NCBI GenBank assembly: GCA_032718475.1 | Contig: JAUCBJ010003100.1 | Location: forward strand, 6,384-70,383 | From: Nemertoderma westbladi | Lineage: Eukaryota; Animalia; Xenacoelomorpha | Direction: 5' to 3' | Length of the DNA stretch: 64,000 nucleotides | Part shown: in pieces, positions 49,426-63,300 of the stretch | Layout: each line of letters opens with the position of its first letter | Position numbering within the stretch: position 1 is the stretch's first letter | The notes under the pieces: model-generated | The model's input: the letters and a program-made list of their open reading frames with translations, nothing else | What the model was told of the DNA's origin: nothing | Database searches by the model: none | Program-made: the position numbers and the translations under genes

Positions 49426-49661
49426 TTATTCAGAGTAATCTGGTGGCTTTTCTACTTGGAGCTCTATTGGCTTCTCTCTCTGGGTCTGTTGAGGTGCAGG
49501 GGTGTACTGTTGGGGTGCAGGGGGCGGGGCGTATTGTTGGCTATACGGCTGTTGGGGGGGTGGATATTGCTGCGGTTGTCCTCCCATTCCCGGTATAACG
49601 AAATTCATCATGTTGTTGGTCGTCGGAGCCGCGGCAGCTGGGCCACCGCCACCGCCACCGC
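49426..49661 (-). CDS. Shisa/WBP1-like membrane protein, exon 2 (Pro/Gln/Tyr-rich tail ending PPDYSE)
   Basis: TTTCAG acceptor, phase 1 matching exon 1; PPxY motif just before the stop. Confidence 0.8.
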
Positions 49662-49769
49662 CTGAAATAAAACAGATTATAATTGGTTTATAATTAATAT
49701 AATTTGATTTCCTATTCCCTCTTCGAGTCTCCAGTAAACGCCCCCCCCCCCCCCCCACCCCTTCCCGGG

Positions 49770-50090
49770 AGGCGCCATCCCCATCAGCTCTCTGGAACTG
49801 AAGCTGACGAACTTGCAGTTCTGGATCTCGGTTGGCACTCATCTTGGGTGCCAGTCCGAGGCTGGTGTACCGATCCAACTCGGATCATTTTAATCGATGT
49901 ACTGGTGACCGAGCCCGAGACTTGTGGCAACCGAGCCCCACAGCTGTGCCCGGTTTGACCAGCTGTGGTGTCCCCCACTACGCTGGATGGAGCCACTAGA
50001 CTTGTGTAGAGGGGACGGACGGGAAGCGAGTGGATGGCGTCACCCTGGTCCCATGGAGCCGCGGGCGGTTCCTCACGTGGGATGCGTAGT
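49770..50090 (+). pseudogene. Degraded CRE-like RLE LINE fragment in the intron
   Basis: PISSLELKL...ISVGTHLG and EPLDLCRGDG/KRVDGVTLVPWSRGRFLTWDA parallel PIPSLGSNL...IGIAQRVG and [31 protein letters not shown] in the 13033 ORF. Confidence 0.7.
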
Positions 50091-50492
50091 TATTATCTCA
50101 CGTAGTTATTCTTTATAATTAATTCAAAGATTTTTTAATTGAATTTAATTTGTTTATAAATGTTAAATTATATCTCAAAGATATAAATAGGTATAAATAG
50201 ATATAAATACATATATATAGGTAAATAGATATATATAGGTAAATTATAGCTCAATGATGAATTTGCAAAATCCATTTATAAAAATTATAATCGATTCGAT
50301 AAAAACTTTAACAAAATACTCAGTAAATTTGATCCCAGATATTCTAATATTCTATCCGTTAGCCAGTTAGTCTAAGCTATTTCGAACCATTATTGAGCGC
50401 GTCTGCTGGTCTGATGCAATGGTTGCGTTCCTACCTGCAGCTGCGTACGTAATTGTACGCTTAAACAAGATCAGGTAACAAGGAATACTAAC

Positions 50493-50799
50493 TTTGAACT
50501 ACTTGAACAGTTTGAGTGACTCCTCCTCTGCGTCCTGCCCAACAACAGCAACCACAGCAGAAGCAGCAGAGAATGCTAACGAGTATGATAAAGACTATCC
50601 CTCCCAAACCAAGGCCGAGCCCCATTGTCAACAAAGACGCTTGGGTTTCCGCCTGTTCATCAACGGCATCCCTTACTTCCGGTATATTCTGATATGCAAA
50701 GACTCCAATAGCTTCCTCCTTACTCCCGGCGGATACACAGGATATGCAGAAGTAAATGATACTAAATATTATATAACAATATATAGTATTCGCTCCCAT
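50493..50799 (-). CDS. Shisa/WBP1-like membrane protein, exon 1 (signal peptide, short ectodomain, TM helix, Cys cluster)
   Basis: MGANTIYCYIIFSIIYFCISCVSA...GLGLGLGGIVFIILVSILCCFCCGCCCWAGRR; GTTAGT donor, phase 1. Confidence 0.8.
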
Positions 50800-51379
50800 T
50801 ATTCTTGTTTGTTTAACTTCAGATATAGTTATGTTTAGAATTTATTTGTAATACAATTGTGCAGTGAAAGAACTTTAATAAACAATGTAGGCAGGCCTCC
50901 TGTAATAATTGCATAAAACCTATGGTTTGCCTTCATATAAACACTTCATTAACGTTCGGTTTGCATTCAGTAACTAAATTACATCATAAGAGATAAGCAG
51001 AAATATAATATTATTAATGCATACCGGTGGTAAGCCTTCCTTAGAGAAACAAAGATGCCGCCGCCTCAATGCAATTTTAACGCAATTATCTATGATCTTT
51101 TATTATGAAAACTGAATATGGATAGCTTATCGTAAACCCTTTTGTTCAAAAAATATAGCACTTGTTGTGGAACTGGGCTTTTTCAAATTTTGTATACATT
51201 TAGAAGCGTTTATTTATTTGTAAAGTACCTCATGAATAAGGATCAGTAATACTATACCACCTGCAAAGCTGCAAACACCAAGCTGGAAAGCTTTAGGGGT
51301 AATCCTAAATGTTATTTTGGACAATATACCTATATACATTGTTTTTATTTGTTATTGTTTTTACATTGTATAAATAAAT

Positions 51380-54300
51380 GTATCTTCTACCTGGGTTGAA
51401 GTTATCTGTCTAAGTGTTTGCCCAATGCATGGATCTACTGTACTGTAGATACGTAGGGTATCTTCTACCTGGGTTGAAGTTATCTGTCAAGTGTTTGCCC
51501 AATGGATGGACCTACTGTACTGTAGATACGTAGGTTATCTTCTACCTGGGTTGACGTTATCTGTCTAAGTGTTTGCCAAATGGATGGACCTACTGTACTG
51601 TAGATACGTAGGTTATCTTCTACCTGGGTTGAAGTTATCTGTCTAAGTGTTTGCCCAATGGATGGACCTACTGTACTGTAGATACGTAGGTTATCTTCTA
51701 CCTGGGTTGAAGTTATCTGTCTAAGTGTTTGCACAATGGATGGACCTACTGTACTGTAGATACGTAGGTTATCTTCTACCTGGGTTGAAGTTATCTGTCT
51801 AAGTGTTTGCCCAATGGATGGACCTACTGTACTGTAGATACGTAGGTTATCTTCTACCTGGGTTGAAGTTATCTGTCTAAGTGTTTGCCCAATGGATGGA
51901 CCTACTGTACTGTAGATACGTAGGTTATCTTCTACCTGGGTTGAAGTTATCTGTCTAAGTGTTTGCCCAATGGATGGACCTACTGTACTGTAGATACGTA
52001 GGTTATCTTCTACCTGGGTTGAAGTTATCTGTCTAAGTGTTTGCCCAATGGATGGACCTACTGTACTGTAGATACGTAGGTTATCTTCTACCTGGGTTGA
52101 AGTTATCTGTCTAAGTGTTTGCACAATGGATGGACCTACTGTACTGTAGATACGTAGGTTATCTTCTACCTGGGTTGAAGTTATCTGTCAAGTGTTTGCA
52201 CAATGGATGGACCTACTGTACTGTAGATACGTAGGGTATCGTCTACCCGGGTTGAAGTTATCTGTCTAAGTGTTTGCACAATGGATGGACCTACTGTACT
52301 GTAGATACGTAGGTTATCTTCTACCTGGGTTGACGTTATCTGTCTAAGTGTTTGCCAAATGGATGGACCTACTGTACTGTAGATACGTAGGGTATCGTCT
52401 ACCCGGGTTGAAGTTATCTGTCTAAGTGTTTGCACAATGGATGGACCTACTGTACTGTAGATACGTAGGTTATCTTCTACCTGGGTTGAAGTTATCTGTC
52501 TAAGTGTTTGCCAAATGGATGGACCTACTGTACTGTAGATACGTAGGTTATCTTCTACCTGGGTTGACGTTATCTGTCTAAGTGTTTGCCAAATGGATGG
52601 ACCTACTGTACTGTAGATACGTAGGTTATCTTCTACCTGGGTTGAAGTTATCTGTCTAAGTGTTTGCACAATGGATGGACCTACTGTACTGTAGATACGT
52701 AGGTTATCTTCTACCTGGGTTGACGTTATCTGTCTAAGTGTTTGCCAAATGGATGGACCTACTGTACTGTAGATACGTAGGTTATCTTCTACCTGGGTTG
52801 AAGTTATCTGTCTAAGTGTTTGCCCAATGGATGGACCTACTGTACTGTAGATACGTAGGTTATCTTCTACCTGGGTTGAAGTTATCTGTCTAAGTGTTTG
52901 CACAATGGATGGACCTACTGTACTGTAGATACGTAGGTTATCTTCTACCCGGGTTGAAGTTATCTGTCTAAGTGTTTTCACAATGGATGGACCTACTGTA
53001 CTGTAGATACGTAGGTTATCTTCTACCTGGGTTGAAGTTATCTGTTAAGTGTTTGCCCAATGGATGGACCTACTGTACTGTAGATACGTAGGTTATCTTC
53101 TACCTGGGTTGAAGTTATCTGTCTAAGTGTTTGCCAAATGGATGGACCTACTGTACTGTAGATGCGTAGGGTATCTTCTACCTGGGTTGAAGTCATCTGT
53201 CTAAGTGTTTGCACAATGGATGGACCTACTGTACTGTAGATACGTAGGTTATCTTCTACCTGGGTTGAAGTTATCTGTCTAAGTGTTTGCCAAATGGATG
53301 GACCTACTGTACTGTAGATGCGTAGGGTATCTTCTACCTGGGTTGAAGTCATCTGTCTAAGTGTTTGCACAATGGACGGACCTACTGTACTGTAGATACG
53401 TAGGTTATCTTCTACCTGGGTTGAAGTTATCTGTCTAAGTGTTTGCACAATGGATGGACCTACTGTACGGTAGATACGTAGGTTATCTTCTACCTGGTTG
53501 AAGTTATCTGTCTAAGTGTTTGCACAATGGATGGACCTACTGTACTGTAGATACGTAGGTTATCTTCTACCCGGGTTGAAGTTATCTGTCTAAGTGTTTG
53601 CACAATGGATGGACCTACTGTACTGTAGATACGTAGGTTATCTTCTACCTGGGTTGAAGTTATCTGTCTAAGTGTTTGCACAATGGATGGACCTACTGTA
53701 CTGTAGATACGTAGGTTATCTTCTACCCGGGTTGAAGTTATCTGTCTAAGTGTTTGCACAATGGATGGACCTACTGTACTGTAGATACGTAGGTTATCTT
53801 CTACCCGGGTTGAAGTTATCTGTCTAAGTGTTTGCACAATGGATGGACCTACTTTACTGTAGATACGTAGGTTATCTTCTACCTGGGTTGAAGTTATCTG
53901 TCTAAGTGTTTGCACAATGGATGGACCTACTGTACTGTAGATACGTAGGTTATCTTCTACCTGGGTTGAAGTTATCTGTCTATGTTTGCACAATGGATGG
54001 ACCTACTGTACTGTAGATACGTAGGTTATCTTCTACCTGGGTCGAAGTTATCTGTCTAAGTGTTTTCACAATGGATGGACCTACTGTACTGTAGATACGT
54101 AGGTTATCTTCTACCTGGGTTGACGTTATCTGTCTAAGTGTTTGCCAAATGGATGGACCTACTGTACTGTAGATACGTAGGTTATCGTCTACCTGGGTTG
54201 AAGTTATCTGTCTAAGTGTTTTCACAATGGATGGACCTACTGTACTGTAGATACGTAGGGTATCTTCTACCCGGGTCGAAGTTATCTGTCTAAGTGTTTG

Positions 54301-57300
54301 CACAATGGATGGACCAACTGTACTGTAGATACGTAGGGTATCGTCTACCCGGGTTGAAGTTATCTGTCTAAGTGTTTTCACAATGGATGGACCTACTGTA
54401 CTGTAGATACGTAGGGTATCTTCTACCCGGGTCGAAGTTATCTGTCTAAGTGTTTGCACAATGGATGGACCTACTGTACTGTAGATACGTAGGTTATCTT
54501 CTACCCGGGTTGAAGTTATCTGTCTAAGTGTTTTCACAATGGATGGACCTACTGTACTGTAGATACGTAGGTTATCTTCTACCTGGGTTGAAGTTATCTG
54601 TTAAGTGTTTGCCCAATGGATGGACCTACTGTACTGTAGATACGTAGGTTATCTTCTACCTGGGTTGAAGTTATCTGTCTAAGTGTTTGCCAAATGGATG
54701 GACCTACTGTACTGTAGATGCGTAGGGTATCTTCTACCTGGGTTGAAGTCATCTGTCTAAGTGTTTGCACAATGGATGGACCTACTGTACTGTAGATACG
54801 TAGGTTATCTTCTACCTGGGTTGAAGTTATCTGTCTAAGTGTTTGCCAAATGGATGGACCTACTGTACTGTAGATGCGTAGGGTATCTTCTACCTGGGTT
54901 GAAGTCATCTGTCTAAGTGTTTGCACAATGGACGGACCTACTGTACTGTAGATACGTAGGTTATCTTCTACCTGGGTTGAAGTTATCTGTCTAAGTGTTT
55001 GCACAATGGATGGACCTACTGTACGGTAGATACGTAGGTTATCTTCTACCTGGTTGAAGTTATCTGTCTAAGTGTTTGCACAATGGATGGACCTACTGTA
55101 CTGTAGATACGTAGGTTATCTTCTACCCGGGTTGAAGTTATCTGTCTAAGTGTTTGCACAATGGATGGACCTACTGTACTGTAGATACGTAGGTTATCTT
55201 CTACCTGGGTTGAAGTTATCTGTCTAAGTGTTTGCACAATGGATGGACCTACTGTACTGTAGATACGTAGGTTATCTTCTACCCGGGTTGAAGTTATCTG
55301 TCTAAGTGTTTGCACAATGGATGGACCTACTGTACTGTAGATACGTAGGTTATCTTCTACCCGGGTTGAAGTTATCTGTCTAAGTGTTTGCACACTGGAT
55401 GGACCTACTTTACTGTAGATACGTAGGTTATCTTCTACCTGGGTTGAAGTTATCTGTCTAAGTGTTTGCACAATGGATGGACCTACTGTACTGTAGATAC
55501 GTAGGTTATCTTCTACCTGGGTTGAAGTTATCTGTCTATGTTTGCACAATGGATGGACCTACTGTACTGTAGATACGTAGGTTATCTTCTACCTGGGTCG
55601 AAGTTATCTGTCTAAGTGTTTTCACAATGGATGGACCTACTGTACTGTAGATACGTAGGTTATCTTCTACCTGGGTTGACGTTATCTGTCTAAGTGTTTG
55701 CCAAATGGATGGACCTACTGTACTGTAGATACGTAGGTTATCGTCTACCCGGGTTGAAGTTATCTGTCTAAGTGTTTTCACAATGGATGGACCTACTGTA
55801 CTGTAGATACGTAGGGTATCTTCTACCCGGGTCGAAGTTATCTGTCTAAGTGTTTGCACAATGGATGGACCAACTGTACTGTAGATACGTAGGGTATCGT
55901 CTACCCGGGTTGAAGTTATCTGTCTAAGTGTTTTCACAATGGATGGACCTACTGTACTGTAGATACGTAGGGTATCTTCTACCCGGGTCGAAGTTATCTG
56001 TCTAAGTGTTTGCACAATGGATGGACCAACTGTACTGTAGATACGTAGGGTATCGTCTACCCGGGTTGAAGTTATCTGTCTAAGTGTTTGCACAATGGAT
56101 GGACCTACTGTACTGTAGATACGTAGGTTATCTTCTACCTGGGTTGAAGTTATCTGTCTAAGTGTTTTCACAATGGATGGACCTACTGTACTGTAGATAC
56201 GTAGGGTATCTTCTACCCGGGTCGAAGTTATCTGTCTAAGTGTTTGCCCAATGGATGGACCTACTGTACTGTAGATACGTAGGTTATCGTCTACCTGGGT
56301 TGAAGTTATCTGTCTAAGTGTTTGCACAATGGATGGACCTACTTTACTGTAGATACGTAGGTTATCTTCTACCCGGGTCGAAGTTATCTGTCTAAGTGTT
56401 TTCACAATGGAAGGACCTACTGTACTGTAGATACGTAGGTTATCGTCTACCTGGGTTGAAGTTATCTGTCTAAGTGTTTTCACAATGGATGGACCTACTG
56501 TACTGTAGATACGTAGGGTATCTTCTACCCGGGTCGAAGTTATCTGTCTAAGTGTTTGCACAATGGATGGACCAACTGTACTGTAGATACGTAGGGTATC
56601 GTCTACCCGGGTTGAAGTTATCTGTCTAAGTGTTTGCACAATGGATGGACCTACTGTACTGTAGATACGTAGGTTATCTTCTACCTGGGTTGAAGTTATC
56701 TGTCTAAGTGTTTGCACAATGGATGGACCTACTGTACTGTAGATACGTAGGTTATCTTCTACCTGGGTTGAAGTTATCTGTCTAAGTGTTTGCCCAATGG
56801 ATGGACCTACTGTACTGTAGATACGTAGGTTATCTTCTACCCGGGTTGAAGTTATCTGTCTAAGTGTTTGCACAATGGATGGACCTACTGTACTGTAGAT
56901 ACGTAGGTTATCTTCTACCTGGGTTGAAGTTATCTGTCTAAGTGTTTGCACAATGGATGGACCTACTGTACTGTAGATACGTAGGGTATCTTCTACCCGG
57001 GTCGAAGTTATCTGTCTAAGTGTTTTCACAATGGATGGACCTACTGTACTGTAGATACGTAGGTTATCGTCTACCTGAGTTGAAGTTATCTGTCTAAGTG
57101 TTTGCACAATGGATGGACCTACTGTACTGTAGATACGTAGGTTATCTTCTACCCGGGTTGAAGTTATCTGTCTAAGTGTTTGCACAATGGATGGACCTAC
57201 TGTACTGTAGATACGTAGGTTATCTTCTACCCGGGTTGAAGTTATCTGTCTAAGTGTTTGCCCAATGGATGGACCTACTTTACTGTAGATACGTAGGTTA

Positions 57301-60300
57301 TCTTCTACCTGAGTTGAAGTTATCTGTCTAAGTGTTTGCACAATGGATGGACCTACTGTACTGTAGATACGTAGGTTATCTTCTACCCGGGTTGAAGTTA
57401 TCTGTCTAAGTGTTTGCACAATGGATGGACCTACTGTACTGTAGATACGTAGGTTATCTTCTACCTGGGTTGAAGTTATCTGTCTAAGTGTTTGCCCAAT
57501 GGATGGACCTACTGTACTGTAGATACGTAGGGTATCTTCTACCCGGGTCGAAGTTATCTGTCTAAGTGTTTGCCCAATGGATGGACCTACTGTACTGTAG
57601 ATACGTAGGGTATCTTCTACCCGGGTCGAAGTTATCTGTCTAAGTGTTTTCACAATGGATGGACCTACTGTACTGTAGATACGTAGGTTATCGTCTACCT
57701 GGGTTGAAGTTATCTGTCTAAGTGTTTGCACAATGGATGGACCTACTTTACTGTAGATACGTAGGTTATCTTCTACCTGGGTCGAAGTTATCTGTCTAAG
57801 TGTTTTCACAATGGATGGACCTACTGTACTGTAGATACGTAGGTTATCTTCTACCTGGGTCGAAGTTATCTGTCTAAGTGTTTTCACAATGGATGGACCT
57901 ACTGTACTGTAGATACGTAGGTTATCTTCTACCTGGTTGAAGTTATCTGTCTAAGTGTTTGCCCAATGGATGGACCTACTGTACTGTAGATACGTAGGTT
58001 ATCTTCTACCTGGGTTGAAGTTATCTGTCTAAGTGTTTGCCCAATGGATGGACCTACTGTACTGTAGATACGTAGGTTATCTTCTACCTGGGTTGAAGTT
58101 ATCTGTCTAAGTGTTTGCCCAATGGATGGACCTACTGTACTGTAGATACGTAGGTTATCTTCTACCTGGGTTGAAGTTATCTGTCTAAGTGTTTGCCCAA
58201 TGGATGGACCTACTGTACTGTAGATACGTAGGTTATCTTCTACCTGGGTTGAAGTTATCTGTCTAAGTGTTTGCCCAATGGATGGACCTACTGTACTGTA
58301 GATACGTAGGTTATCTTCTACCTGGGTTGAAGTTATCTGTCTAAGTGTTTGCCCAATGGATGGACCTACTGTACTGTAGATACGTAGGTTATCTTCTACC
58401 TGGGTTGAAGTTATCTGTCTAAGTGTTTGCCCAATGGATGGACCTACTGTACTGTAGATACGTAGGTTATCTTCTACCTGGGTTGAAGTTATCTGTCTAA
58501 GTGTTTGCCCAATGGATGGACCTACTGTACTGTAGATACGTAGGTTATCTTCTACCTGGGTTGAAGTTATCTGTCTAAGTGTTTGCCCAATGGATGGACC
58601 TACTGTACTGTAGATACGTAGGTTATCTTCTACCTGGGTTGAAGTTATCTGTCTAAGTGTTTGCCCAATGGATGGACCTACTGTACTGTAGATACGTAGG
58701 TTATCTTCTACCTGGGTTGAAGTTATCTGTCTAAGTGTTTGCCCAATGGATGGACCTACTGTACTGTAGATACGTAGGTTATCTTCTACCTGGGTTGAAG
58801 TTATCTGTCTAAGTGTTTGCCCAATGGATGGACCTACTGTACTGTAGATACGTAGGTTATCTTCTACCTGGGTTGAAGTTATCTGTCTAAGTGTTTGCCC
58901 AATGGATGGACCTACTGTACTGTAGATACGTAGGTTATCTTCTACCTGGGTTGAAGTTATCTGTCTAAGTGTTTGCCCAATGGATGGACCTACTGTACTG
59001 TAGATACGTAGGTTATCTTCTACCTGGGTTGAAGTTATCTGTCTAAGTGTTTGCACAATGGATGGACCTACTGTACTGTAGATACGTAGGTTATCTTCTA
59101 CCTGGGTTGAAGTTATCTGTCTAAGTGTTTGCCCAATGGATGGACCTACTGTACTGTAGATACGTAGGTTATCTTCTACCTGGGTTGAAGTTATCTGTCT
59201 AAGTGTTTGCACAATGGATGGACCTACTGTACTGTAGATACGTAGGTTATCTTCTACCTGGGTTGAAGTTATCTGTCTAAGTGTTTGCCCAATGGATGGA
59301 CCTACTGTACTGTAGATACGTAGGTTATCTTCTACCTGGGTTGAAGTTATCTGTCTAAGTGTTTGCACAATGGATGGACCTACTGTACTGTAGATACGTA
59401 GGTTATCTTCTACCCGGGTTGAAGTTATCTGTCTAAGTGTTTGCACAATGGATGGACCTACTGTACTGTAGATACGTAGGTTATCTTCTACCTGGGTTGA
59501 AGTTATCTGTCTAAGTGTTTGCCCAATGGATGGACCTACTGTACTGTAGATACGTAGGTTATCTTCTACCTGGGTTGAAGTTATCTGTCTAAGTGTTTGC
59601 CCAATGGATGGACCTACTGTACTGTAGATACGTAGGTTATCTTCTACCTGGGTTGAAGTTATCTGTCTAAGTGTTTGCACAATGGATGGACCTACTGTAC
59701 TGTAGATACGTAGGTTATCTTCTACCTGGGTTGAAGTTATCTGTCTAAGTGTTTGCCCAATGGATGGACCTACTGTACTGTAGATACGTAGGTTATCTTC
59801 TACCTGGGTTGAAGTTATCTGTCTAAGTGTTTGCCCAATGGATGGACCTACTGTACTGTAGATACGTAGGTTATCTTCTACCTGGGTTGAAGTTATCTGT
59901 CTAAGTGTTTGCCCAATGGATGGACCTACTGTACTGTAGATACGTAGGTTATCTTCTACCTGGGTTGAAGTTATCTGTCTAAGTGTTTGCCCAATGGATG
60001 GACCTACTGTACTGTAGATACGTAGGTTATCTTCTACCTGGGTTGAAGTTATCTGTCTAAGTGTTTGCCCAATGGATGGACCTACTGTACTGTAGATACG
60101 TAGGTTATCTTCTACCTGGGTTGAAGTTATCTGTCTAAGTGTTTGCCCAATGGATGGACCTACTGTACTGTAGATACGTAGGTTATCTTCTACCTGGGTT
60201 GAAGTTATCTGTCTAAGTGTTTGCCCAATGGATGGACCTACTGTACTGTAGATACGTAGGTTATCTTCTACCTGGGTTGAAGTTATCTGTCTAAGTGTTT

Positions 60301-63300
60301 GCCCAATGGATGGACCTACTGTACTGTAGATACGTAGGTTATCTTCTACCTGGGTTGAAGTTATCTGTCTAAGTGTTTGCCCAATGGATGGACCTACTGT
60401 ACTGTAGATACGTAGGTTATCTTCTACCTGGGTTGAAGTTATCTGTCTAAGTGTTTGCCCAATGGATGGACCTACTGTACTGTAGATACGTAGGTTATCT
60501 TCTACCTGGGTTGAAGTTATCTGTCTAAGTGTTTGCCCAATGGATGGACCTACTGTACTGTAGATACGTAGGTTATCTTCTACCTGGGTTGAAGTTATCT
60601 GTCTAAGTGTTTGCCCAATGGATGGACCTACTGTACTGTAGATACGTAGGTTATCTTCTACCTGGGTTGAAGTTATCTGTCTAAGTGTTTGCACAATGGA
60701 TGGACCTACTGTACTGTAGATACGTAGGTTATCTTCTACCTGGGTTGAAGTTATCTGTCTAAGTGTTTGCCCAATGGATGGACCTACTGTACTGTAGATA
60801 CGTAGGTTATCTTCTACCTGGGTTGAAGTTATCTGTCTAAGTGTTTGCACAATGGATGGACCTACTGTACTGTAGATACGTAGGTTATCTTCTACCTGGG
60901 TTGAAGTTATCTGTCTAAGTGTTTGCACAATGGATGGACCTACTGTACTGTAGATACGTAGGTTATCTTCTACCTGGGTCGAAGTTATCTGTCTAAGTGT
61001 TTTCACAATGGATGGACCTACTGTACTGTAGATACGTAGGTTATCTTCTACCTGGGTTGAAGTTATCTGTCTAAGTGTTTGCCCAATGGATGGACCTACT
61101 GTACTGTAGATACGTAGGTTATCTTCTACCTGGGTTGAAGTTATCTGTCTAAGTGTTTGCACAATGGATGGACCTACTGTACTGTAGATACGTAGGTTAT
61201 CTTCTACCCGGGTTGAAGTTATCTGTCTAAGTGTTTGCACAATGGATGGACCTACTGTACTGTAGATACGTAGGTTATCTTCTACCTGGGTTGAAGTTAT
61301 CTGTCTAAGTGTTTGCCCAATGGATGGACCTACTGTACTGTAGATACGTAGGTTATCTTCTACCCGGGTTGAAGTTATCTGTCTAAGTGTTTTCACAATG
61401 GATGGACCTACTGTACTGTAGATACGTAGGTTATCTTCTACCCGGGTCGAAGTTATCTGTCTAAGTGTTTTCACAATGGATGGACCTACTGTACTGTAGA
61501 TACGTAGGTTATCTTCTACCTGGGTTGAAGTTATCTGTCTAAGTGTTTTCACAATGGATGGACCTACTGTACTGTAGATACGTAGGTTATCTTCTACCTG
61601 GGTCGAAGTTATCTGTCTAAGTGTTTTCACAATGGATGGACCTACTGTACTGTAGATACGTAGGTTATCTTCTACCTGGGTCGAAGTTATCTGTCTAAGT
61701 GTTTTCACAATGGATGGACCTACTGTACTGTAGATACGTAGGTTATCTTCTACCTGGGTTGAAGTTATCTGTCTAAGTGTTTGCCCAATGGATGGACCTA
61801 CTGTACTGTAGATACGTAGGTTATCTTCTACCTGGGTCGAAGTTATCTGTCTAAGTGTTTTCACAATGGATGGACCTAAGTTGTACTGTAGATACGTAGG
61901 TTATCTTCTACCTGGGTCGAAGTTATCTGTCTAAGTGTTTTCACAATGGATGGACCTACTGTACTGTAGATACGTAGGTTATCTTCTACCCGGGTTGAAG
62001 TTATCTGTCTAAGTGTTTGCACAATGGATGGACCTACTGTACTGTAGATACGTAGGTTATCTTCTACCCGGGTTGAAGTTATCTGTCTAAGTGTTTGCAC
62101 AATGGATGGACCTACTGTACTGTAGATACGTAGGTTATCTTCTACCTGGGTCGAAGTTATCTGTCTAAGTGTTTTCACAATGGATGGACCTACTGTACTG
62201 TAGATACGTAGGTTATCTTCTACCCGGGTTGAAGTTATCTGTCTAAGTGTTTGCACAATGGATGGACCTACTGTACTGTAGATACGTAGGTTATCTTCTA
62301 CCTGGGTTGAAGTTATCTGTCTAAGTGTTTGCACAATGGGTGGACCTACTGTACTGTAGATACGTAGGTTATCTTCTACCCGGGTTGAAGTTATCTGTCT
62401 AAGTGTTTGCACAATGGATGGACCTACTGTACTGTAGATACGTAGGTTATCTTCTACCCGGGTTGAAGTTATCTGTCTAAGTGTTTGCACAATGGATGGA
62501 CCTACTGTACTGTAGATACGTAGGGTATCTTCTACCCGGTCGAAGTTATCTGTCTAAGTGTTTTCACAATGGATGGACCTACTTTACTGTAGATACGTAG
62601 GTTCTCTTCTACCTGGGTCGAAGTTATCTGTCTAAGTGTTTTCACAATGGATGGACCTACTTTACTGTAGATACGTAGGTTATCTTCTACCTGGGTCGAA
62701 GTTATCTGTCTAAGTGTTTTCACAATGGATGGACCTACTGTACTGTAGATACGTAGGTTATCTTCTACCTGGGTCGAAGTTATCTGTCTAAGTGTTTTCA
62801 CAATGGATGGACCTACTGTACTGTAGATACGTAGGGTATCTTCTACCCGGGTCGAAGTTATCTGTCTAAGTGTTTTCACAATGGATGGACCTACTGTACT
62901 GTAGATACGTAGGTTATCTTCTACCTGGGTTGAAGTTATCTGTCTAAGTGTTTGCCCAATGGATGGACCTACTGTACTGTAGATACGTAGGTTATCTTCT
63001 ACCTGGGTTGAAGTTATCTGTCTAAGTGTTTGCCCAATGGATGGACCTACTGTACTGTAGATACGTAGGTTATCGTCTACCTGGGTTGAAGTTATCTGTC
63101 TAAGTGTTTGCCCAATGGATGGACCTACTGTACTGTAGATACGTAGGTTATCTTCTACCTGGGTTGAAGTTATCTGTCTAAGTGTTTTCACAATGGATGG
63201 ACCTACTGTACTGTAGATACGTAGGGTATCTTCTACCCGGTCGAAGTTATCTGTCTAAGTGTTTTCACAATGGATGGACCTACTTTACTGTAGATACGTA

